The notes: generated by a model not told the origin, from the letters alone. A stretch of 40,001 nt of DNA from an uncultured Clostridiaceae bacterium (GCA_946998225.1 CAMPYH010000003.1:45900-85900); one strand, 5' to 3'. Shown: positions 20,081-31,060, counted from the stretch's first letter. Numbers and translations are program-made.

Positions 20081-20800
20081 AATTATATCTTTTATTATTA
20101 TATTAGCTATTTTTAATCCAAATACTGCTGGAACAAATATCATTGAAGCAACCTCATCTGATTCCTTCTTTTCTATTTGCTCTTCTGAATAAACGGCTAA
20201 TATATTTTTTAACTCTTCCTTTTTTATATTTCCTTCTTTTATTTCTTTGTTTAATCTTTGTCTTATTTTTTTAGCAAGTTTGCATTCTTTTGTTTTTAAA
20301 ATATTTGCCGATTTTATTTTATCTACATCTAATTTAAATCCTGCTCCCATTGAAGATATACATTTAATTTGATGTTTTGCAGCATAAATTATTGTAGCAA
20401 TTTTCGCGTCTACATCATCTATTGCATCAACTATATAATCTAGTTTTCCAATATTTAATTCTATCTTTTCTATTATTTCTTCTAAATTATCTTTAGTTAT
20501 TTTTATATTTAGATTATATACATTTGCCTCTTTATTTATATTTAAAATTCTTTCTTTAAATACATCTGTTTTGTATTTTCCTAAAGTTTTTGTATCTGCT
20601 ATTATTTGTCTATTTATATTACTTAAAGAAACCTCATCCATACAAACTATAGCAATATTTTGTACTCCTGATCTTACAAGTGCTTCAACTACAAAGCCAC
20701 CTACTCCACCTACTCCAAATACTGCTATATTTTTATTTTGTATTTTATTTATATTTTCTTTTCCTATTAATTTTTCTGTTCTATCTTGCCAATTTTCCAT
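20066..20800 (-). CDS. tcdA: tRNA threonylcarbamoyladenosine dehydratase (ThiF/MoeB-family E1-like, TcdA/CsdL)
   Basis: Rossmann nucleotide loop AVFGVGGVGGFVVEALVRSGV, then SNINRQ. The size and layout are typical of TcdA. The last four codons and the stop overlap the 5' end of the tRNA-like gene. Confidence 0.8.
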   Translation of the reverse strand: MENWQDRTEKLIGKENINKIQNKNIAVFGVGGVGGFVVEALVRSGVQNIAIVCMDEVSLSNINRQIIADTKTLGKYKTDVFKERILNINKEANVYNLNIKITKDNLEEIIEKIELNIGKLDYIVDAIDDVDAKIATIIYAAKHQIKCISSMGAGFKLDVDKIKSANILKTKECKLAKKIRQRLNKEIKEGNIKKEELKNILAVYSEEQIEKKESDEVASMIFVPAVFGLKIANIIIKDIIVGIV

Positions 20801-20906
20801 TAAATTTTCCTTTAAATATACATAAATTTTAGCAATATTATGGCTTTATGTCAATTTGACACCTATCTTTATTCTTTGATATTCTTAGCTTGTATAAGGA
20901 GTTTAT

Positions 20907-22772
20907 ATGCGCGCATACAGTTTTAATAAATTTATATATAATTATGTAGAAAAATATAACGATAAATTAGCTTTTAGATATCGTCCAGAACATATTTTAG
21001 AATTAAATCAAAATACTAAATATATTGATAAAAGTTTTAAAAATTTTTTTGAAGATATTTTAAAGTTAAAATTGTTTTTTGAAAAAAATAATATAGACCA
21101 AAAACACATCGCCCTTTTTGGAAGAAACTCATATCCTTGGACACTTATAATGTCTACTGTTGAAGTAACAGATAATATTTTAGTCCCATTAGATAAAGAG
21201 CTTCAATATCATGAAACAATAAACTGTCTAGAAAGAGCTAAAGTAGATATCATTTTTTATGATTCTAAATTTGAAGAACATATTTTAGAAGTAAATAAAA
21301 AAACAAATCTTAAAATATATTCTTTTGATGAAATAAAAGAATATATCTTTAGTGAAAACAAAGAATTTAATTATGAAAAAGAATTAGAAAAATATATAAA
21401 AGAAATGAATATTCTTGAAGAAAAATTTAAAGAATATGAAAAGGTAAATGGTTTTGAAGCTATAAAAGATAAGCCTAAAGATTGCATTAAAGATTCTACT
21501 TCTTTAGAAGATGTAAAAGTGTTACTTTTTACATCTGGTACAACAAGTGCATCAAAACTTGTAATACTTACTAGAGAAAATCTTCTTACTAACACATATG
21601 ATATAAATGAACATGTTCCTTTTAAAGAAAATTTAACTGAGATAGCACTAATACCATCACACCATATTTTTGGTCTTAACTGTATTAACGTAGTTAAAAA
21701 TGCAGGTATTGCTACTACTTACCCAGATAGCTTAAAACAATTAAGTAATAACTTTGTTGAATATGAAATTTCTATGTTCGTAGGTGTTCCACTAATACTT
21801 GAGGCTATTTATGACAGAATTAAAAAAACAGCTATTAAAACTAAGAAATGGAATAAATTAAATTTTGCAAGAAAATTATCTAACTTCCTTTTATTCTTTG
21901 GAATAGATAAAAGACAAAAACTTTTTGCACAAGTTCTTAAGCCTCTAGGCGGATGTTTAAATACAGTTATATCTGGAGCTGCTCCAATTAATGATGAAGT
22001 GGCATCATTCTTTAAAGATATTGGCGTAGATATATTCCCTGGATATGGTTTAAGCGAAACATCTCCTGTTGTTTCTGCTGAAAGCTATATATACCATAAG
22101 AAAAACTCAGTAGGAAAACCTGTAGAGCATATTGAAGTTAAAATAGATAATGAAAGTTTAGTTAATCATTATAAAGAAACTTTAGATTTAAACAATCCAA
22201 AAAATCTTAAAATAATAGAAGATGTAAAAAACAGTAATGAAGGTGAAATCTTAATAAAAGGTAAATCTGTTTTTAGGGGATATTATAATGATGTAGAAAA
22301 AACAAAAGATTCATTTACAGAAGATAATTGGTTTAGAAGCGGAGATATTGGATATTTTGATAAAGATGGTTTTTTATTTATAACAGGTAGAATTAAAGAT
22401 ATGATAGTTTTACCAAATGGTAAAAAAGCTTTTCCAGATGAATTAGAATATCTTCTTAACTCAATAGACGGAGTTCAAGAAAGTTTTGTATTTGGAACAG
22501 ATGAAAACATTGGATATGGAACTAATGGAGAAATTAAAATATATGCAAAATTAGTTTATGATCCAAATAATAAAGAATTTAAAGATAAAACAATTGATCA
22601 AATAAAAGATATATTATGGGAAAAGGTTAAAAAAATAAATGATACTATTCCTTCATATAAATATATAAGAGGCATTGTTTTAAGTACTATGCCACTTACA
22701 AAAACAAGTTCACACAAAATTAAAAGATTTATTGAAAAAGATAAAACAATAAAAGAGAATATTACTTTATAG
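20907..22772 (+). CDS. AMP-dependent (long-chain) acyl-CoA synthetase/ligase
   Basis: AMP-binding motif LFTSGTTSASKLV, then GYGLSETS, then SGDIGYFDKDGFLFITGRIKDMI. The 621-aa length is typical of the FadD15-like subgroup. Confidence 0.85.
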   Translation: MRAYSFNKFIYNYVEKYNDKLAFRYRPEHILELNQNTKYIDKSFKNFFEDILKLKLFFEKNNIDQKHIALFGRNSYPWTLIMSTVEVTDNILVPLDKELQYHETINCLERAKVDIIFYDSKFEEHILEVNKKTNLKIYSFDEIKEYIFSENKEFNYEKELEKYIKEMNILEEKFKEYEKVNGFEAIKDKPKDCIKDSTSLEDVKVLLFTSGTTSASKLVILTRENLLTNTYDINEHVPFKENLTEIALIPSHHIFGLNCINVVKNAGIATTYPDSLKQLSNNFVEYEISMFVGVPLILEAIYDRIKKTAIKTKKWNKLNFARKLSNFLLFFGIDKRQKLFAQVLKPLGGCLNTVISGAAPINDEVASFFKDIGVDIFPGYGLSETSPVVSAESYIYHKKNSVGKPVEHIEVKIDNESLVNHYKETLDLNNPKNLKIIEDVKNSNEGEILIKGKSVFRGYYNDVEKTKDSFTEDNWFRSGDIGYFDKDGFLFITGRIKDMIVLPNGKKAFPDELEYLLNSIDGVQESFVFGTDENIGYGTNGEIKIYAKLVYDPNNKEFKDKTIDQIKDILWEKVKKINDTIPSYKYIRGIVLSTMPLTKTSSHKIKRFIEKDKTIKENITL

Positions 22773-22790
22773 TAATATTCTCTTTCTTTT
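22754..22790 (+). terminator. rho-independent terminator overlapping the acyl-CoA synthetase stop codon
   Basis: AGAGAATATTACT-TTAT-AGTAATATTCTCT forms a perfect 13-bp stem, followed by TTCTTTTT. Confidence 0.75.
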
Positions 22791-22830
22791 TATACTTTTT
22801 CTAGTTAGCATTTTTAAATTTGTTTTTAAG

Positions 22831-23265
22831 CTATTTATTTTCTTTTAAAATATCTCTTATTTCAGTTAAAAGCATTTCTTCTTTGGTTGGTTCAGGAACT
22901 TTAACTTCTTCTTTTACCTCTTCTTTTTTCTTTAAGCTATTTAATAGTTTAACGATTAAGAAAATTGAAAATGCTATTATTATGAAATTAACAAGGTTTT
23001 GTATAAATCTACCATATGGTATTTCTAAAACCCCTATTTCACCTAATGTCTTTTGAAATTTTAAGTTTTCAAAATTAACTTTACCTATTAATAATGAAAT
23101 AACTGGCATAATTATATCTTCAACTAAAGATGTTACAATTTTTCCAAAAGCACCACCAATAATTACACCTACAGCTAGGTCTACTACATTTCCTTTCATA
23201 GCAAATTCTTTGAATTCATTTAAAAAGCCTTTTCCTTTTTCTTTTATTTTGTTATCTTTTTTCAT
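22831..23265 (-). CDS. mscL: large-conductance mechanosensitive channel MscL
   Basis: [37 protein letters not shown] is the canonical MscL N-terminus and TM1. AAGGAG lies 7 nt upstream. The start overlaps the end of the upstream NrdD-like gene by 14 nt. Confidence 0.95.
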   Translation of the reverse strand: MKKDNKIKEKGKGFLNEFKEFAMKGNVVDLAVGVIIGGAFGKIVTSLVEDIIMPVISLLIGKVNFENLKFQKTLGEIGVLEIPYGRFIQNLVNFIIIAFSIFLIVKLLNSLKKKEEVKEEVKVPEPTKEEMLLTEIRDILKENK

Positions 23266-25510
23266 TTTCTTCTCCTTTTTCCATATATATTTTAATATGT
23301 CTTATTTTATTTACATTTGCAAGCTTTAATATTTCTATATACTCTTTAGTACCTATATTTTTATCTAAATATATTTCTGTTATATTACCACCTTTTGTAT
23401 ACTTTTGCATCTTTCCTTCGTAAAAGAGTTTTTTATTTAGATCACTTTCTTTATTTTTAATATCTTCTTTTTTTATGTTTTTTTCTAATCTATATGTTGT
23501 ACCTTTTTCATATCTTTCTTTAGAAGTAATCCCATAAAGTGCTTTATCCATCTTTGTAAAATATTCTGCTGCATTTTCATCAGCATAAATATTTAAATTT
23601 ATGTTTTTCTCTTTTGTAAATTCGATTATTCTTTTTTCAATATATTTTAATATGTCTTCTGAAAGCTTAACTTTTTGTTCAAAACTATCTACATCTTTAT
23701 CGCTTTTATCCTTTAACATAAGTATTTCTATGGCATCATAAAGTCCTGTTATTCCAAGATTCATACTTCCATGTTTTAATATTTTTCTAAGTCTATCTCC
23801 CTCTTTTATTTTTTCAGACTCAAGCCATACTGGTTCGAAATATAATGTGGAAAAATATTTTGGATTGAAATCACATTGAATATTAAATCTATCAAAAAGT
23901 TGTAAAAAAACTAATTTTAAAACTTGATCAAGCTCAGTATAAAAATCTTTTTTATTTTTTGTCTTTATTGCAATTCTTGGAAGATTAATAGATGTTGTAG
24001 AAAGAATACCTCTTCCTTCTGGTGAATTCTTTTTTGTATCTACTAAATTTTCAGGTATTACAATATCTCCCATTAAATATTTAAGACCTTCATCTTCTTT
24101 ACTTTTATTTTTAAAAACATAAGATATATTGTCTCTAGTTTTAGATATTTCTATTGCATAATGTATTACATCTTTATACTGAACACTTTCTAAAATTTTA
24201 TTTACTTCAGAAATTTGTTCATCTAATCCTTCTATTTCTTTTACTTTTTCTAAGAATCCATATTCATCATTTATATTATATTCACCATCTAGATCTTTTT
24301 CATCGAGTAATATGAATATATCTGGTTCAAGTGGAGATATATTATTTCCTATTCCTTTTTTAATTACATCTAAAAGGATTTTACTTACCATTACACCTTC
24401 TAGTGTTTTATCTGATCCAATATTTATTCCTGTATTTACTTTCTTTTCTTTTTCTTCATCTAATATATTGTTATTTAAATTATGTATTAAAGCCTCTATA
24501 CCTTTATATAGTTCTTTTTCTGAATCAAGAAGTGCTTTAATATATGATACAGATATTATCTCCATAACCTTTTCTGAGTTTCTAACAAGTGGTCTAAATT
24601 CGTTAAGATCTACTTTTATACTTTCAATTTTGTTTATATACATATTTATTGAGTTTAGTGCTACAAACTTTTTGTAATCTGTAAACTCTAAAAATAGATT
24701 AATATAATTTAAAAACTGTGCTTTAAAATCTTCTACAAATATTTTTGCAAAATATTTATCAAAATACGGAATACCTGTACCACCACTTTGCTCTTTTTTT
24801 AATCTTTCTATTAAAGTATATGTAAGTGCTGCATATGATCTTATGCTTTTTGGTCTTCTGTATTTTCCAATTCCAGTAGAAAATCCTTCTTCCATAATTT
24901 TATCTAAATTAAGCATTACACCTTCAGTTGTTCCCATTGGAATATATTCCATATCCTTGATATATATTTCTCCACTTTGAGCACCTTCAGTAATTTTTCT
25001 TTTTAGGATATAGCTTGTTGCATATTTTTCTGAAATATTTTTCCCAAGATCTTTAAATATATTATCTGGTAATTTATTTAATATATTCTCACCATTTTCT
25101 TCAAGCATTTCTCTAGTCATACTTGTATTAAATGCTGAGGCAAATTTATGTTTTTTTCTCTTTTCATTATACATAGCTCTAGAGATTGCTCTTTTTTCTC
25201 TATAGTCTGAAAAAGATTCTTTTACATTAATATATTTAAGACTCTCTAATACATTTTCAATAATATCTTGAATTTCTTCAACTTTAACTGTTTCTTTTTC
25301 AGTTTCTAATATTTTTTCTAATACTTTTACATATACAGCATTTATATCCTCTGCTGTATAATTCATATCCTTTATTGATTCAAAGGCTTTTTTAATAGCA
25401 ATGGCAATTTTTTCACCTTCAAAATCTACTTTTCTTCCATTTCTTTTAAAAACACCTTTTCCACTTTTTTTAATTTTATTATTTAACTCTATAATCTTTT
25501 CTTTTTCCAT
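23252..25510 (-). CDS. ATP-cone-containing anaerobic ribonucleotide reductase (NrdD)-like protein, apparently lacking catalytic and glycyl-radical elements
   Basis: The ATP-cone is [24 protein letters not shown]. NrdD-like blocks are [42 protein letters not shown] and [21 protein letters not shown]. There is only one Cys in 752 aa, and the protein ends without a CxxC pair or an RxxGY glycyl-radical motif. Confidence 0.6.
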   Translation of the reverse strand: MEKEKIIELNNKIKKSGKGVFKRNGRKVDFEGEKIAIAIKKAFESIKDMNYTAEDINAVYVKVLEKILETEKETVKVEEIQDIIENVLESLKYINVKESFSDYREKRAISRAMYNEKRKKHKFASAFNTSMTREMLEENGENILNKLPDNIFKDLGKNISEKYATSYILKRKITEGAQSGEIYIKDMEYIPMGTTEGVMLNLDKIMEEGFSTGIGKYRRPKSIRSYAALTYTLIERLKKEQSGGTGIPYFDKYFAKIFVEDFKAQFLNYINLFLEFTDYKKFVALNSINMYINKIESIKVDLNEFRPLVRNSEKVMEIISVSYIKALLDSEKELYKGIEALIHNLNNNILDEEKEKKVNTGINIGSDKTLEGVMVSKILLDVIKKGIGNNISPLEPDIFILLDEKDLDGEYNINDEYGFLEKVKEIEGLDEQISEVNKILESVQYKDVIHYAIEISKTRDNISYVFKNKSKEDEGLKYLMGDIVIPENLVDTKKNSPEGRGILSTTSINLPRIAIKTKNKKDFYTELDQVLKLVFLQLFDRFNIQCDFNPKYFSTLYFEPVWLESEKIKEGDRLRKILKHGSMNLGITGLYDAIEILMLKDKSDKDVDSFEQKVKLSEDILKYIEKRIIEFTKEKNINLNIYADENAAEYFTKMDKALYGITSKERYEKGTTYRLEKNIKKEDIKNKESDLNKKLFYEGKMQKYTKGGNITEIYLDKNIGTKEYIEILKLANVNKIRHIKIYMEKGEENEKR

Positions 25511-25652
25511 GTTTTAAGTATATCACATTTAATGGATTTGAGAAATTAAAAATATAAACATATTAATATATTTTTTTCTTTAAATTTTAGTATTTTCCAG
25601 TACTTTTTACCTTTTTTGTTTACTTTTATGCTATATTGAATTTGAGGTAATT

Positions 25653-27221
25653 ATGGCAATAGGAGTTACACCAAATAACAATAATGCAAACTATATGTAT
25701 AAGCAAAATAACTTTAAGTATGTACTACTTAGTATTTTGTTCATTTTTGCATGTTTTGTAATATATCTTTTGTCTTTAAACTTGTTTAAACCAAAAGAAA
25801 TAATATCTGAAAACATTAGTATTGAAAATATAAATGTTTCTGGAAAAACAAAAGATGAAGCAATAAATATTTTAAACTCCTCTTTTGCATATTTAAAAAC
25901 AGATGATGCTGAATTCAAAATAGCTGAAACAAAATTTAAATTAAATGCTGAAGAATTAGACTATAACCTAGATATATTAGATGCAGCCGAAAAAGCATAT
26001 GATATAAGCAAAAAAAATAGATTTAAAAAATTTAAAGAACCATTAAATATACCTATTGAATCATCATATAATATAGCTCTTATGGATCTTTATTTAGATA
26101 AAATATTAAAACTTATACCAAATGATTCAAATCGTGAAGATTTAATTAAAATAGAAGATAATAATTTAATAATATATAAAGGTAATGCACCTTTAAAAAT
26201 AACTAAAGAAGAACTAAAAAATATAATTTTAAAAAAGTTTAAATCCACAAACTTTAAACAAGTAGAAGAAATTCCACTTACATCTTCTAAAAACAAATCT
26301 ATAGATCTAGATAAAATATATAAAGATATTGAAAAAGATCCAAAAGATGCATATATAGATGAAAATGGTCAGATAGTTAAAGAAGTTATAGGATATAAGC
26401 TTAAACTTACAAAACAAGAAGCGCAAAAGCTATATAATGAATCTACAGATAAATGTATAATCCCTATAGAAACAACTGCTCCAAAACTTACATCAAAGGA
26501 TTTAAATAAAAATATTTTTCCAGATAAACTTTCTGAATATTATTTAAAAACGCCTAAAATATATACAAGTCTACCTGCAAAAGCTCAAAATATTTCAGGA
26601 ATAATAGTTAAAAACAATACAATCTTTTCCTATGATAAATACCAAAACAATAAATCTGAAGTAGACTCATTTATAGCTACAGGAATATATAACTGTGCTA
26701 TGCTTCTTAATTTAGATATTTTAGAAATGCATAAACATGAAGTACTTCCAAATTTTCTAGAAAACGGTCTTGATGTAGATGTTACTAGCAAAAACTTTTC
26801 ATTTAGAAATAACTTAAATAGCCCAATACAAATAAATATAATTCCAGATAACAGTGGCGCTCTATTTCAAATATTTGGGATAAAAAAAGGTGTTAAAACA
26901 GATGTAAAACTTACATCTTTAATAAAAGAAAACATACCATTTGAAAGTGAAACTAGAAAGAATTTTGCCTTCCATATAGGATATTCAAATATAGTTCAAA
27001 AAGGAAAAAATCAAAAAACAATAGAAGTATATAAGGAAATACTTATTAACAACAAATCTGCCGGTAAACACCTTATAGGAACATATAAATATAAAAAGCA
27101 AAATGAAATAAAAGAAATAGGAGCTAAACCAAGTTCTTTTAATCCAAACAATAGTAACGGCGGCCATAATAACAATAATGAAAATAAAAATAACAATAAT
27201 AATAACAATAATAATGATTAA
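25653..27221 (+). CDS. VanW/YoaR-family membrane-anchored protein with a poly-Asn C-terminal tail
   Basis: N-terminal TM (YVLLSILFIFACFVIYLLSL). The VanW-like core is IATGIYNCAMLLNLDILEMHKHEVLPNFLENGLDVDV...FSFRNNLNSPIQINI. The C-terminus is NNNNENKNNNNNNNNND. Confidence 0.6.
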   Translation: MAIGVTPNNNNANYMYKQNNFKYVLLSILFIFACFVIYLLSLNLFKPKEIISENISIENINVSGKTKDEAINILNSSFAYLKTDDAEFKIAETKFKLNAEELDYNLDILDAAEKAYDISKKNRFKKFKEPLNIPIESSYNIALMDLYLDKILKLIPNDSNREDLIKIEDNNLIIYKGNAPLKITKEELKNIILKKFKSTNFKQVEEIPLTSSKNKSIDLDKIYKDIEKDPKDAYIDENGQIVKEVIGYKLKLTKQEAQKLYNESTDKCIIPIETTAPKLTSKDLNKNIFPDKLSEYYLKTPKIYTSLPAKAQNISGIIVKNNTIFSYDKYQNNKSEVDSFIATGIYNCAMLLNLDILEMHKHEVLPNFLENGLDVDVTSKNFSFRNNLNSPIQINIIPDNSGALFQIFGIKKGVKTDVKLTSLIKENIPFESETRKNFAFHIGYSNIVQKGKNQKTIEVYKEILINNKSAGKHLIGTYKYKKQNEIKEIGAKPSSFNPNNSNGGHNNNNENKNNNNNNNNND

Positions 27222-27230
27222 TATATAAAT

Positions 27231-27264
27231 AAAAAACAAAGTACAAAAGTACTTTGTTTTTTTA
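27231..27264. terminator. bidirectional rho-independent terminator between convergent genes
   Basis: ACAAAGTAC-AAAA-GTACTTTGT forms a perfect 9-bp stem (27236-27257), flanked by AAAAA and TTTTTTT. Confidence 0.8.
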
Positions 27265-27326
27265 TTATTCTTTCTCTATAAAAGATTTATTTTTTTCTAT
27301 TTATCTTTTTCTTATTTAGCTGTTTC

Positions 27327-27629
27327 TTATTTGGCTGTTTCTTTTTCTATCTTTGATTTATTCTCTATTATCTTATCTATAAGTTGGTTTTGTTTAGCTC
27401 TTTCTTTTTCAACATTTTGTATGTTTTTTTCTATATTTTTCTTAATTTCACTTTTGTTTACAATTATTGGTATAACAAATAATAACATAAGTATTATATA
27501 ACCAATTATAGCAAATATTGACAGCCTTTTTATTGATTTATCATCCAGTTCTCTTTTCCATTCATTTAATGGATTTTCTTTTTTATATTCTATTTCTTTT
27601 TGAAGTAATGATTCGTTTTTTTCTTCCAT
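27327..27629 (-). CDS. small single-pass membrane protein, hypothetical
   Basis: 100-aa ORF, 8 nt downstream of the M23 peptidase gene. One TM helix (LSIFAIIGYIILMLLFVIPIIV) with K/E-rich flanks. Confidence 0.55.
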   Translation of the reverse strand: MEEKNESLLQKEIEYKKENPLNEWKRELDDKSIKRLSIFAIIGYIILMLLFVIPIIVNKSEIKKNIEKNIQNVEKERAKQNQLIDKIIENKSKIEKETAK

Positions 27630-27637
27630 TTTTACTC

Positions 27638-28723
27638 CTAATAAACTGGTACATAAGGTAATGGATTTATCGTTTTTCCATTTATTCTTATTTCAAAGTG
27701 TACGTGGTTACCTGTTGAATTACCTGTAGATCCTACTCTACCTATGTATTGTCCTTTAGATACAGTCTGACCTACTGAAGCACCTATTTTACTCATATGT
27801 GCGTAATATGTTGTTATACCATTTCCGTGATCTACAACAACTAAATTACCATAACCACGTCTATAACTTGCACTTATTACTACACCAGGTGCTGATGCAT
27901 AAATAGGTGGTGTTTTACCTCTTGTTGCAAAGTCTACACCTGTATGGAATGCTGATCCATATGCTGCACTATATCCATAAATTGCTGAAATATAATATAC
28001 TCCCGCATCTAGTGGATGTCTAAAGTTTAGGCTTTTAACTAAGCCTATATTTCCAGATCCTACTGATGCTGCAAGCATAGCTTGATATCTTTCATTTGCT
28101 CTTCTTCTTTCAGATGCAAGTCTTTGTAATCTTTTTTGTCTTTCCTCTTCTTCTTTTAATTTAGCTGCTTTAACTGCATTTACTTCATTTGCTACTGCTA
28201 ATTTTATTTCATTTTCAGAAGAATATTTGATATCTTCACCTTTTTTCTTGTCTTGCTTATACTCAGCTTCTTTATATGTTATTTCATTATATCCCAGTTC
28301 TTTTTTTAATGATTCAATTATTTCGATTGCTTCTTTTTTATTTGACATGCTACCAATTTTTTTGTTATTTACAAAAACTTCATAGCTTGTACAAGTTTTC
28401 TCCATGCTATCTTGAATATTATTTATTACAGATCTTTCCTCAGTTTCTATTTTGTCTCTATTTGCAAGTTTTAATTTGTATTCTGGTTTTTCATTAAGTG
28501 TTGCTTCTTTTATATTTCCCTGAGGTGATTCAATTATTGATTGAATTTTACTGTCTATCTCGTTTTTACTGCTAACAAGACCTATACTCTCTCCTCTAAA
28601 CTTAACCGAATAGACGGGTTTGTATTTACTTAATGTTACTAAACTAATAAACATTACAGGAAATACTATAACCAGTATAAATCTGATAGCTTTTCTGGAA
28701 TAATATTTTACTTTCTTTTTCAA
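27638..28723 (-). CDS. membrane-anchored M23-family metallopeptidase (peptidoglycan endopeptidase)
   Basis: HTGVDFA ... YYAHMSKIGASVGQTVSKGQYIGRVGSTGNSTGNHVHFEIR carries the HxxxD and HxH zinc motifs. There is an N-terminal TM helix. Confidence 0.92.
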   Translation of the reverse strand: MKKKVKYYSRKAIRFILVIVFPVMFISLVTLSKYKPVYSVKFRGESIGLVSSKNEIDSKIQSIIESPQGNIKEATLNEKPEYKLKLANRDKIETEERSVINNIQDSMEKTCTSYEVFVNNKKIGSMSNKKEAIEIIESLKKELGYNEITYKEAEYKQDKKKGEDIKYSSENEIKLAVANEVNAVKAAKLKEEEERQKRLQRLASERRRANERYQAMLAASVGSGNIGLVKSLNFRHPLDAGVYYISAIYGYSAAYGSAFHTGVDFATRGKTPPIYASAPGVVISASYRRGYGNLVVVDHGNGITTYYAHMSKIGASVGQTVSKGQYIGRVGSTGNSTGNHVHFEIRINGKTINPLPYVPVY

Positions 28724-28768
28724 AACATCTCCTTTAACTTCTCTATTATACCTTATATATACTGTTTT

Positions 28769-31060
28769 TTAAAGTTTTTTGAATAATCTTGATCCTTTTG
28801 TCTTAAGAATATATGTTGAAATAGCTGTAAATGCAAATATTACTGCTGTTAAAATATATGCATAATGTTCTGCTTTCATCTTATGTTTTCCTACAAGAAC
28901 TACTGCTCCTATTATTCCTATAGCTATAATTATTATTTTAGCTATAAACATAAAAAATACTCTTGGTCCACCTTTTACTAATCCATTAATATCTTTCCAC
29001 TCAAAATTAGGTTTATATAAATCTAAAATGATTTCTAAATTATTAATTCCTATAGCAAATACTATTGTTGTAATTATTCCTAAAAGTACATATATATCTT
29101 TAAATAATCCTAATCCTAAAATTAAATCTGGAATTAATATATATATTAAAGTTGCTATAGACACTGTTAATATTCCAGGAATTTCTTTATACATTATTTG
29201 TTTAGAAATATCTACTGGTATTGTTTTTAAATATTGTATTTCATTTTTATCTTTGGATACCATAAATATAGATATTGATGTTGAGTAAATTAAAAATACT
29301 CCTATAACAATTGGCATAAAATATTTAACTGAATTAGGCATTTCTTTAATGTTTATACTTTTTCTTGCTTTCATTATTAATAATTTTGCAAATTCAAAAA
29401 TATTATCACTCTCTATTAAATCTTTAGTATCTTGGTATGCAGTTAATAAACCTGATGGCATTTCGTGTTTTGCATATTTTTTAATATCTTCATCTTTTAA
29501 TTGTTCTGCTTTTTCTTCTTCAGTAATATAATTTATTTTTCCTTCTTTTTGCTTTTCTTTTAAATCATTAAATATTTTTTCTTCATTTTTATCTAAATCA
29601 GCAAAAGAATATTCACCTATTATTGTAAAGTCATCTGCATCTTCTTTAGTTTGACTTTCAATTTGTTTTTTAGCTATTTCTAATTGTTTTTTCTCTTCTT
29701 CATTCTCTGCTTTTTGGATTTTATTATTTAACATTTCTAAAGCTATATTAAGTTTAGCTTTATCATCACTTGCTTTTCTTTTTCTTTTTTTCTCTAACTC
29801 ATTATTTGTAACAAATCTATAATTTAAAGTATTTGCAATTTGTTCTTTAAATTCTTTATCATCTTTTGCATCTTTTAATGATTCTACCCGAGATAAATTT
29901 ATATTAGAAATTAAATATATCTTATCTTTTTGGTCTTTAAATATTTTCATTTCAGAAGCACCCATAAAGCACATAATTGCAAGCATAAAAATTGGTAAAA
30001 ATACTGGTACTAATAGAGTATTAAATGCAAGCATAATATTACTCATAAGTGTTGAAAACTCTCTTTTAATGTATGCTTGTTGTGCTGTTCTTACTTTAAA
30101 ATTTTTATACTCTACATTTATTTTTTTATTTTCATTTAAACTATTTTTGTTTTTATTTTCGTCTTCTACATTAACTTTATTTTCTTTTGGTGTTATAAAT
30201 ATTTTATTTCTATATTTTGCACCATAGAATCTTCCTATTGTATTTACTAAAACAAAAAATACAAAAATATTTATTCCTAGTACTTTTAAAATATTTATAA
30301 ATACATTATTTCCCATAATTATATTTATAAAAATATTTGGTAAGTACATATACCATTTAGACTCACTTGCTGCTATTAAATTAATAATTACTGAGGCATT
30401 ACCACCCTCTGCATTAAATTTATAGTAAATTAAATAATATATATAAAATACTAAAACTATATTAAAAATATTTGTAATCTTTTCAGATTTATTATTAGTT
30501 ATAATATCTAGAACCTTTTTTATAAAACTAAAAATTGCAAAAAATATTAATGTTGGAAGAACCGGCATTAATAAAAATGCAAAAAATGTTCTTAGATAAT
30601 ATCCAATACCCATATTTTGTTTAACACCCAAATATATAATTGGTATTAATAAAAACATAAGTATACCTGAATATGAATAAATAATATTAGATATATTTTT
30701 AGATATATATCTATCCTTAGATTCTATTGGTAGTTTATCTAAATAGCTTTCTGTATGATCTTTATCTTGTGTTGTAATTAAAGCTCTTGTTGCTGAAAGT
30801 ATTATAAATATATATGCAATCATAACAATTATACCTATAAAATATCTTTCAAATCCCATTTCTCCAAGTTTTACTAATTCACCTAGAAAACCTTCAGATA
30901 ATTGGTATCCAATTACTGCACAATATCCTACTAAAAGTATTATAAGGAAATATTTGCCTATTTTTGCCCACTTAGTTTCTTTTTTACTTTTAGTTCCTAG
31001 TTTCGATGTTTTTATATCTACTTTTACAAGATTATATATTCTCTTTAAATAATCCATCAT
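28769..31060 (-). CDS. ABC exporter permease, two fused ~6-TM halves with a long charged insert
   Basis: 763-aa polytopic ORF starting 1 nt after the ATPase stop. About 12-13 hydrophobic helices. A ~190-aa K/E-rich segment (ASEMKIFKDQ...SVKYFMP) lies between the first and second helices of the second half. Confidence 0.7.
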   Translation of the reverse strand: MMDYLKRIYNLVKVDIKTSKLGTKSKKETKWAKIGKYFLIILLVGYCAVIGYQLSEGFLGELVKLGEMGFERYFIGIIVMIAYIFIILSATRALITTQDKDHTESYLDKLPIESKDRYISKNISNIIYSYSGILMFLLIPIIYLGVKQNMGIGYYLRTFFAFLLMPVLPTLIFFAIFSFIKKVLDIITNNKSEKITNIFNIVLVFYIYYLIYYKFNAEGGNASVIINLIAASESKWYMYLPNIFINIIMGNNVFINILKVLGINIFVFFVLVNTIGRFYGAKYRNKIFITPKENKVNVEDENKNKNSLNENKKINVEYKNFKVRTAQQAYIKREFSTLMSNIMLAFNTLLVPVFLPIFMLAIMCFMGASEMKIFKDQKDKIYLISNINLSRVESLKDAKDDKEFKEQIANTLNYRFVTNNELEKKRKRKASDDKAKLNIALEMLNNKIQKAENEEEKKQLEIAKKQIESQTKEDADDFTIIGEYSFADLDKNEEKIFNDLKEKQKEGKINYITEEEKAEQLKDEDIKKYAKHEMPSGLLTAYQDTKDLIESDNIFEFAKLLIMKARKSINIKEMPNSVKYFMPIVIGVFLIYSTSISIFMVSKDKNEIQYLKTIPVDISKQIMYKEIPGILTVSIATLIYILIPDLILGLGLFKDIYVLLGIITTIVFAIGINNLEIILDLYKPNFEWKDINGLVKGGPRVFFMFIAKIIIIAIGIIGAVVLVGKHKMKAEHYAYILTAVIFAFTAISTYILKTKGSRLFKKL

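Noticed and set aside
20855-20870. Palindrome TGTCAATTTGACA in the tcdA/acyl-CoA-synthetase divergent region as a dedicated operator
   Set aside because: It is most simply two back-to-back TTGACA -35 boxes for the divergent promoters. There is no second copy or associated regulator gene, so I did not call it an operator.
25511-25652. Possible NrdR box upstream of the NrdD-like gene (ATATTAATAT-type palindromes)
   Set aside because: These are only short AT palindromes, which are abundant by chance in this composition. None resembles the 16-bp NrdR box (acaCwAtATaTwGtgt) closely enough to call.
26985-27239. Two minus-strand ORFs (84 and 65 aa) at the 3' end of the VanW-family gene
   Set aside because: They are antisense reads of the poly-Asn/Lys tail (AAT/AAA repeats give ATT/TTT, i.e. 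I/F/L-rich products). This is a low-complexity artefact.
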